From contig JAUIIO010000004.1 in the NCBI GenBank assembly GCA_030431715.1, forward strand, positions 977-64,976: a stretch of DNA of 64,000 nt, in the 5' to 3' direction. Position numbers and translations under genes: made by a program. Positions 45,748 through 52,764 of this stretch are shown here, piece by piece. The notes beneath the pieces are model-generated. The model had not been told where the DNA came from and did no database searches. It was given only the letters and a program-made list of their open reading frames with translations. The stretch's first letter is position 1; every line of letters begins with the position of its first letter. This stretch comes from a bacterium (GTDB taxonomy: Bacteria; Bdellovibrionota_C; UBA2361; RFPC01).

Positions 45748-47544
45748 ATGCCAAATACCGAATTATTCAAACCAGAATCGTATATCGCTGCCCCGGGAGT
45801 AGACCCGGCCGAAGCACATTTTCAAGAGGCACTACCTGCGCAGAGGCGTAATGGAGACTCACATATATATACGACCCCTCCGCAGTATGAGTCACTCCTT
45901 GATCCGAAGTCTCAGATCGTACGCGACTATCGAATGGCTTCGTCTTATTCTTACAATCCGAGAGCTATCAAAGATCTACGGGTAGATGCTGGCACACTTC
46001 TTTCGTACATCCGCTCTATGGGTTCAAACGATCCGAGCAGTGAATCCTTTATGGAGATAGCTCGCGGACTTGCTTTTAGACGTACTCCACACGACTACAA
46101 AAAAGGTCCGGCCATTGATGTTTACACCGTTCCCGAGCTGAAACAAAAGGTTATTGCTGAGTATGCAAGCAACCTAGCTTACATGCGCCTGATGACTATG
46201 CCTTCTGTACTGGAAGGAAGGCTTGAGATGTTACGGCGTGGGTCGCCCGGACGCTACCCGAGACGAAATCAGTACTTTGATAATCACATTGCTAATAAAA
46301 CTGCCATAACGTGGAAAAACATAGGCTGGGGTATACCAGAGCGCGATCTTGAGCATAAGGTGGATGACGAGAGTACCACATTTGCTCGTTCTCAGGGAAT
46401 GTGGTCACACATATACTCTGCTTCAGATAGCCAAATGGTCGCATCCCCGGTATGTGGACCTTCACACCCCGATCTCTTAAGCCCACTTGCAATGGCGGAT
46501 CTTGCTCTTTGTGGATCGTTCTCTTTTGTTCCTTGCGACGCAATCTATTCTAGTGGGAAAGGCCCAAATGGCGCAGGGCTCAAGGCACAAATTGAATTTG
46601 TAAAAGCGACTCAAAATATTCTTAAGAACCATCCGCTTATTCTCAATCACCCTTATGGTAATCACGTGCTTTCAGATGGCAAAACGGTGAGTAGGCACTT
46701 GTACGATGAAGCGATTAAACGAATCGGTGTGACGTTAAAACCACATCCTACGCAAGATTCTGTTGAAAGAGCGAAGCGACTCTATAATGAATGCGGTGTT
46801 ACTCTCTTTCGTGTATTTGATCCACGAGATACTCAGATGCTTCCTCGTACTATTGAGGCTGTATCAGAGCTTGAAGCAAGGACCGTTGAAGAAGTTAGAG
46901 AAGTTCAGCCTGACCAAATTATACCGATAGCTAGCCAAGTAACTGGCGTAAATAGCGCGATGAGGTGTCGTGACGCTGGAGCAAGAGTTATTGTGCTTAA
47001 CATCGGTGAAGGTGGCTTCTGTAGTACTTCGTCTGGCACTGGCATGATTCCATCAAACCTGCTCACCTTTTATCGAATTCAACGAGAGCTCCATGAAGAT
47101 ACGGGCATAATCGTAGATGGAGGTGTTGGAAACACATGGGTGTTAGCGCTAGCTCTAGGTGCAACTGCTACCATGAAGCACGCGTCTCTTATAGGTGGAA
47201 CGGTACAGCAAGTTCCTATTTTCACAGCAATTGACGAAGGAGGTTCTTACTACAAGCTCGCTTCCGGTGAAGCCGCAAAACGTACGAAGTTCCTCAGCAA
47301 CAGTCAGACAGACCTCGTTGGCGACCCACGAAATGTTGAGGGAGTTGATGGAGCTCAGGAGTTTTTAGTAGATGGAATGAGCATGAGTATTGGTAAGCGA
47401 CTAGACCAAAACTTCTATACACCAGCGGCCAAGCAACTTGTGTTCTGCGGCACAAGCAACCTTGCCGCTTACATGGACTGGTTAGATCCAGTCATTTGGG
47501 AACCGACTTCTGAAGCAATGATTATGGCAGCGCCACATATATAG
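45748..47544 (+). CDS. IMP dehydrogenase / GMP reductase-family TIM-barrel protein with ~330-aa uncharacterised N-terminal region
   Basis: The C-terminal 270 aa align to the IMPDH catalytic half. VIVLNIGEGGFCSTSSGTGM matches the IGPGSICTT active-site Cys loop. IVDGGVGNTWVLALALGATATMKHASLIGG matches [27 protein letters not shown]. No CBS pair seen. Confidence 0.6.
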   Translation: MPNTELFKPESYIAAPGVDPAEAHFQEALPAQRRNGDSHIYTTPPQYESLLDPKSQIVRDYRMASSYSYNPRAIKDLRVDAGTLLSYIRSMGSNDPSSESFMEIARGLAFRRTPHDYKKGPAIDVYTVPELKQKVIAEYASNLAYMRLMTMPSVLEGRLEMLRRGSPGRYPRRNQYFDNHIANKTAITWKNIGWGIPERDLEHKVDDESTTFARSQGMWSHIYSASDSQMVASPVCGPSHPDLLSPLAMADLALCGSFSFVPCDAIYSSGKGPNGAGLKAQIEFVKATQNILKNHPLILNHPYGNHVLSDGKTVSRHLYDEAIKRIGVTLKPHPTQDSVERAKRLYNECGVTLFRVFDPRDTQMLPRTIEAVSELEARTVEEVREVQPDQIIPIASQVTGVNSAMRCRDAGARVIVLNIGEGGFCSTSSGTGMIPSNLLTFYRIQRELHEDTGIIVDGGVGNTWVLALALGATATMKHASLIGGTVQQVPIFTAIDEGGSYYKLASGEAAKRTKFLSNSQTDLVGDPRNVEGVDGAQEFLVDGMSMSIGKRLDQNFYTPAAKQLVFCGTSNLAAYMDWLDPVIWEPTSEAMIMAAPHI

Positions 47545-47550
47545 TTTTAT

Positions 47551-48279
47551 TTGGAGAAAAAGATGGCAAATTTAGCGGATACAAGATCGTCAAGACAAGA
47601 GGTGCTAACCGGACCCATTGAGCTACCATGTGGTCGAGGGAGCGTGAGTGTTTCTGAGATGTCAACCACCTCGAAGTTTAAGCTTAAAGAATATAGCGCG
47701 GCGGGACTCCACCTCGATCCTCTCTCTCTTGAGGTCGCAGAAATGCAGCCCACAGAGGATATGAACAAGCACACCGCAAATGGGGATTTTGAATACGTAG
47801 CTCGTACTGTAGCTGCCGAGAAGGCAGAGGCTGCATTCTATAAGGTCAATCGACCAGTTTTAGTAGAAGACACGTCTCTTTTTCTCTGTGCTCCTAAACT
47901 TCGAGTTCTTGCGGGGCCCCTTATAAAACAGTGGACATACGCTTCTCCTGAGCTTCAGAAAAACGCCCTAGATATTCTTACTCTGGCGGCAACGCTTGAA
48001 AATGACCGCAGAGCTGAGGCTTATTGTGTGCTGGCTGTCTCAAATGGGCGTGAAACCAACACTTGGGTTGGCAAAGTTACGGGTATGATCTCCGACAATC
48101 CAAGGGGAGGTAGTAATTTTGGTTGGGACTGCATTTTTATGCCTGAAGCTGCTTCTCAGCGTGTTGACTTCGATCAGCCTTCAATAAGAACTTGGGCTGA
48201 GATGAGTTTTGAGGAGAAGATAAACATCTTTCCTTTCAGGGGTAAAGCAGTAGATGAGCTTAGAAAGTCAGTTCTTTAA
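47551..48279 (+). CDS. Ham1/RdgB-like non-canonical purine NTP pyrophosphatase (ITPase)-family protein
   Basis: AYCVLAVSNGRETNTWVGKVTGMISDNPRGGSNFGWDCIFMPEAASQRVDFDQPSIRTWAEMSFEEKINIFPFRGKAVDEL aligns to E. coli RdgB RFHCVLVYLRH...[50 protein letters not shown]. Starts 7 nt after the IMPDH-like gene. Confidence 0.6.
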   Translation: MEKKMANLADTRSSRQEVLTGPIELPCGRGSVSVSEMSTTSKFKLKEYSAAGLHLDPLSLEVAEMQPTEDMNKHTANGDFEYVARTVAAEKAEAAFYKVNRPVLVEDTSLFLCAPKLRVLAGPLIKQWTYASPELQKNALDILTLAATLENDRRAEAYCVLAVSNGRETNTWVGKVTGMISDNPRGGSNFGWDCIFMPEAASQRVDFDQPSIRTWAEMSFEEKINIFPFRGKAVDELRKSVL

Positions 48280-48284
48280 CTGAG

Positions 48285-48764
48285 CTATCCCATAAGCTCT
48301 GGCTTGTGCGAGCCTGAGTTCGCGGCAAATGTAAGGACTGAGTTACAAGCAAGCTCTAGACAGAGCAGATCACGGGGCCCGAGCTTGATTCTTCTTCTTT
48401 CTTCTTCAGAACGCCCGGTTACAAGTCGGAGCCAGCATGTTTCTTCACCGGAAAGTTTTCCTTGAGCGCCGCGTGGCTTGTCACGGTAGAGTTTCACGAG
48501 AGTATCACCGTCTTGTCCCTGTGCGCCTTGAAGAATTACGTTTTCGTCAAGTGATTCAACACCGTAAAGAAATGCGCGAGTAGTTGCCCACAAGCCACCT
48601 ACGGCATCAAGCGGAAGTACAAGGTTCAACATGCCAGCTGAATCCTTCTCCTCTACGCCATTTTTCATTGGAACGTAATAGAGTCTTAAGCCGTTATTCT
48701 CGGGAATAAGCTGCAAACGGCCAAAAGATTTAGAAATCGTAAAAGTAACACCACCTAAATACAT
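48285..48764 (-). CDS. hypothetical protein (159 aa)
   Basis: ORF. Weak resemblance to a pyridoxamine-5'-phosphate-oxidase-like split barrel, unverified. Confidence 0.4.
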   Translation of the reverse strand: MYLGGVTFTISKSFGRLQLIPENNGLRLYYVPMKNGVEEKDSAGMLNLVLPLDAVGGLWATTRAFLYGVESLDENVILQGAQGQDGDTLVKLYRDKPRGAQGKLSGEETCWLRLVTGRSEEERRRIKLGPRDLLCLELACNSVLTFAANSGSHKPELMG

Positions 48765-48985
48765 AACCTTCCCAAACGCCTCTAATAGAAAATACCTGAA
48801 TTAATATATACCCTACAGCGTTCATGTATTGCTGTTCAGGAGTATTATCTCTATGCAGTATTTAGAAGACACAAGTCGCTGCAGAGATGCGAAATCTTTA
48901 TACTAACAGCGTATCATATACCAATATCTGCAGACTTTTTCAAAAGATTAAATAGGACTGATTGTAAAACAGCGTATAAAATCAG

Positions 48986-50266
48986 TTACTTTGCGCCGAG
49001 GTCGAGTGTCGCAAACTGAGGGCAATAGTCCGGAGCGAAACGCTGGGCCCTGTTAATTCGCATAGTTACGCCCTGAAATTCCCAGACACGATCTTTCTCA
49101 GGTGTGACTTCAAAGACTCGGCCTTTGGTGTCTTCAGAGATGAGAGTGTTTCCATTTGGTAATCGAGTGGCAGCTCCTGCCACAGAGCTACTAAACTTTT
49201 TACCGACGTCATAGACCCAAGTAAGCTTCTTATCCGGCGGGGCAATCTCAAGAATACGAGACTCTTTCATTGAGCGACCGTTATCAAAGAGGAGGATATC
49301 ACCTGCCCCGTTAAGGCCCTTTGGTATCATGTACGGGTCATGGCCTCCGCTTATGCCGCCTTTGTAATCACCGCGATAGCTCCACACAACTTTCTTCGTG
49401 TCCCTATCGATAATCATCGCTGTCCACCAGTTACGAGCGAAGACTAAAATATTACCCGGCTTAAAACGGGTATCTCCAGCATCATACCATTTGTTTTCTG
49501 GGAGTGGTGACGCTGTGTTCATATGGGTCCAATCAAGTCGTCTCTTACCATCGATCTTACGCGATCGTAATTCGCTGCACGGTCGTGGTCCGCACGAATT
49601 AAGATCAAGATGCTCGTGAGCTGCCCACGACCATACGATCTCTTTTTCAGGCGAGATCTCAACTACAACATCTGAGCGGATATTGGTCCCACGAATTTTG
49701 GGGTCTTTGATCTTTTCTTTCAGAATGGCCGGAACATCTGTTAAGTACAGCGTAAGAATATTGCCATTTGGAAGTTTTCGGATGTCGTGATGAACGGGCT
49801 CTGGGAGTTCGTATTCCCAGACGACGTCCCCTTCCCAACTATACTCGCGAATAATGTTACGCATGCTTGCCCACGGTTCATGATCAATTCCCCACTTTGA
49901 ACCGTGAATGACTAACAGGTTGCCGTTCGGCAAGAGTCGCGCACGATCGGCGTCAACTGGCCATTTGTGTACGGTCTCTCCTTTCATATTTAAGAGCAGT
50001 ACTTCTGCCGTTCCACTTGTAGGATAGATGGTAAAGCCCGGAAATGCCTTGTCGGTGTAAATGGTAAGCCCCTTTCCGGTGTTCCCCGAGGAGGCGTCAG
50101 AGGCGCTCTTTTTTTTAGCTTTTGACGTTACTTCATTTTGTTTTAGGAGGGCTTTCTTAGAGGACGTGGGTTGCTGTACCTCTCGTAAAACAAGGAAGAG
50201 CATCGCACCAATTGCCAGCGCAATTATAAGTAGTCCTTCTGTGATGGTTCTGCTACGTGACTTCAT
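48986..50266 (-). CDS. secreted/anchored beta-propeller protein, arylsulfotransferase (ASST)-like, paralog A
   Basis: N-terminal TM/signal. Repeated LLPNGNLLV, LPNGNILTL, RLPNGNTLIS and FDNGR blades characteristic of ASST-type propellers. About 50% identical to the divergent neighbour. Confidence 0.5.
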   Translation of the reverse strand: MKSRSRTITEGLLIIALAIGAMLFLVLREVQQPTSSKKALLKQNEVTSKAKKKSASDASSGNTGKGLTIYTDKAFPGFTIYPTSGTAEVLLLNMKGETVHKWPVDADRARLLPNGNLLVIHGSKWGIDHEPWASMRNIIREYSWEGDVVWEYELPEPVHHDIRKLPNGNILTLYLTDVPAILKEKIKDPKIRGTNIRSDVVVEISPEKEIVWSWAAHEHLDLNSCGPRPCSELRSRKIDGKRRLDWTHMNTASPLPENKWYDAGDTRFKPGNILVFARNWWTAMIIDRDTKKVVWSYRGDYKGGISGGHDPYMIPKGLNGAGDILLFDNGRSMKESRILEIAPPDKKLTWVYDVGKKFSSSVAGAATRLPNGNTLISEDTKGRVFEVTPEKDRVWEFQGVTMRINRAQRFAPDYCPQFATLDLGAK

Positions 50267-50446
50267 GGTGGCGCAGTATAGGATCTTTCAGGGATGCTGT
50301 CATCGCCTTCTCCAGGGGCTCTTGCTGATTTATGTTGATATACGATATACGAGTTGTGTACGTGGTGACTCATTTAGGGGATTGCCGCGTCGTTTGACCT
50401 GATGCTCTCATCGCCACGCAATGACGAGAGCGGATTATAGTATTTT

Positions 50447-51703
50447 ATGAACCGTACCCTTAAACTTGCTCTTGAGCTTCTCACATGCCTTTTATTGGCC
50501 GCTGCCCTCCTTTACTTTGTTCCCTCTCAAAGTATAAAGAGCGCCCCTGAAATACCTGCGGCGCATAAAGTGCCTCAGAAGACAGAAGAGAGAGCGAAGA
50601 CTCAGCCCAAAGAAGCCACTAAGGGTCATCTCGTAAGCTCTGATAAGAGAGCGTGGCCCGGTTTTACACTTATGCCTGAATCAGGCTCAGCCACGGTAAA
50701 GCTGGTGAATATGTCAGGAGACATAGTTCACAAGTGGAATTTTGATGCCGCCAGAGCCAGATTGCTTCCGAACTGTAATCTGTTGGTAGTACACGGTACG
50801 AAATGGGGATGGGGCACTGAGTACTGGAGCGAACAGAGAAAGTACGTCAGGGAATTTGATTGGGACGGGCAGGTTGTTTGGGAGTATACAGTACCAGGGC
50901 CCGCGCACCACGATGTTCACAGGCTTAAGAACGGTAATACACTCTTACAGTACCGCTCAATCGTACCTGAAGAGTTTCGGCGTACAATTAAGGACGAAAA
51001 AAAGCGAAATGCCCGGATTCGAACAGATATCATACGTGAAGTTACGCCTGAGGGTGAAATCGAATGGGAATGGGCTTCGCATGAGCATCTTGATTTAAAC
51101 TCATGTGGTGCTCACCCCTGTCATAAGACCTCAAAGAGTATTGCGAGTGGGAAGCGTACCTTTGATTGGACTCATAACAATACGGTAAACCCCTTACCGC
51201 AAAATAAGTGGTTTACAAGTGGTGATACTCGATTTAAGCCGGGCAATTTGCTGCTCATGCCTAGAAGCTGGTCTCAAAGCCTGTTGGTAAGTAAAGATAG
51301 TGGTGCAGTTGTGTGGGACTATCACGGTGACTTTGAAGGAGGGCTCTCAGGTGGTCATGAGGTGCATATGATTCCTGAAGGATTTCCGGGAGCCGGTAAT
51401 ATCCTTGTCTTTGATAACGGGAGAACAAGGCAGCGCTCAGCTGTACTCGAAATAAATCCTACTACAAAAGAGGTCGTATGGTCTTACGAGAATGGGAAAT
51501 CGTTCTTTAGTCAGGCCGCAGGTTCTGTGCAGCGGTTCCCGGGTGGAAACACGCTAATCTCTGAGGATGTCCCCGGGAGGGTGTTTGAAGTTACTCCTGA
51601 TAAAGAGGTTGTCTGGAGCTATCAGGCGCCTATGAGGACAGCTAGAGCACATCGATATGCCCCTGATCATTGCGCTAAGCTATCGGAATTAGACCTTTTT
51701 TAG
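50447..51703 (+). CDS. secreted/anchored beta-propeller protein, ASST-like, paralog B
   Basis: Same architecture and motifs as paralog A (LLPNCNLLVVHGTKWG, LKNGNTLLQ, RFPGGNTLISEDVPGRVFEVTPDKEVVWSY). Divergently transcribed from it. Confidence 0.5.
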   Translation: MNRTLKLALELLTCLLLAAALLYFVPSQSIKSAPEIPAAHKVPQKTEERAKTQPKEATKGHLVSSDKRAWPGFTLMPESGSATVKLVNMSGDIVHKWNFDAARARLLPNCNLLVVHGTKWGWGTEYWSEQRKYVREFDWDGQVVWEYTVPGPAHHDVHRLKNGNTLLQYRSIVPEEFRRTIKDEKKRNARIRTDIIREVTPEGEIEWEWASHEHLDLNSCGAHPCHKTSKSIASGKRTFDWTHNNTVNPLPQNKWFTSGDTRFKPGNLLLMPRSWSQSLLVSKDSGAVVWDYHGDFEGGLSGGHEVHMIPEGFPGAGNILVFDNGRTRQRSAVLEINPTTKEVVWSYENGKSFFSQAAGSVQRFPGGNTLISEDVPGRVFEVTPDKEVVWSYQAPMRTARAHRYAPDHCAKLSELDLF

Positions 51704-51824
51704 AAAAGTTCCCCTGCTTGTTGCTGTTTATGCCAAAATCAGCTCCAATATATCCACGAATGGACAATACATGTATCTACTGCGTCCTTGGCGTCGTAGA
51801 GAAAATGATGAGGAGTGAAAGACT

Positions 51825-52049
51825 ATGTCAGATAAAGATGAAGTACTCGTAGTAGTATCAAAACTTAAAAACTACGTTAAAAGTACAGCAGGAATGAATA
51901 CTTCCGGTAATGTTCCGGCAAAGGTTTCTGAGATTATCCGTACTATGTGTGCTGATGCTATTGAGCAGGCCAAAAAGGACGGAAGAAAGACCCTTATGGA
52001 TAGGGATTTCTCAGCTAGCTGTGCCCCTAAGACACCAGAGGGAATGTAG
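51825..52049 (+). CDS. small basic hypothetical protein (74 aa)
   Basis: Strong SD (GAGGAGTGAAAGACT-ATG). Short ORF directly upstream of the HTH-receiver gene. Confidence 0.4.
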   Translation: MSDKDEVLVVVSKLKNYVKSTAGMNTSGNVPAKVSEIIRTMCADAIEQAKKDGRKTLMDRDFSASCAPKTPEGM

Positions 52050-52176
52050 TTATTAGGGGAGATAATCCCTGAATGCTTACACGTATCCCGGCTCTGGGCT
52101 TTTCCGGAAGCCGGGAATGTTGTCATCTCTAAGCGTGTTGTATGCCTGTAGTTCCATCTCATATCGGTTCTGAGCG

Positions 52177-52764
52177 ATGTCACAGAGTGTAGACCCTCAC
52201 GACAAGCAGGTGTTTACCACTGGTGATGTAGCGAAGTTTACCCACACTGCCCCGCGAACAGTTAGTAAATGGGTAGATAGCGGCTTACTTAGCGGCTACC
52301 GCGTTCCGGGCTCACAAGATAGACGCATACCACGCGATCCCCTACTCGATTTTTTAATTGAGCATAATATCCCGCTCGGTCGTCTTCAGAAGAAAGTCCT
52401 CTTTCTTTCAACTGACGAAGCGCTCATAGATTCCCTTACTGAGCGTTGTAGGCCTTTAAAGCATCCTCCTGTTACGAATATAAAGCAGAGTTCCTTCGGT
52501 GCGGGCATGGCCTTTCAAACGTTAAAGCCAGATTGTTTCGTTATTGATCTGGGAACGGTGTCCGTTTCTGTGGCTGAAACTATTCTTGTAGCGTTCGGGA
52601 ATTCTCAGAATCCCCCCTACTCAATTGCTCTTCTTCCAGATGGCATTACCGCAGAAGAGCTTGATGATACTTTGCAAGTAGATCAAATATTTGAACGCCC
52701 CTTTGATCCAGAGCTACTGAGCGAAACAATCCTTTCGCAAGTTGTCGTCAGCTCTGATTTTTAG
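52177..52764 (+). CDS. excisionase/AlpA-type HTH fused to an atypical receiver (REC-like) domain
   Basis: N-terminus TTGDVAKFTHTAPRTVSKWVDSGLLSGYRVPGSQDRRIPRDPLLDFL matches the excisionase-family HTH_17 pattern. The C-terminal 120 aa show REC topology (VLFLSTDE..., PDCFVIDLGT with an Asp at the phospho-acceptor position, SIALLPDG, and ERPF in place of the conserved KPF). Confidence 0.55.
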   Translation: MSQSVDPHDKQVFTTGDVAKFTHTAPRTVSKWVDSGLLSGYRVPGSQDRRIPRDPLLDFLIEHNIPLGRLQKKVLFLSTDEALIDSLTERCRPLKHPPVTNIKQSSFGAGMAFQTLKPDCFVIDLGTVSVSVAETILVAFGNSQNPPYSIALLPDGITAEELDDTLQVDQIFERPFDPELLSETILSQVVVSSDF

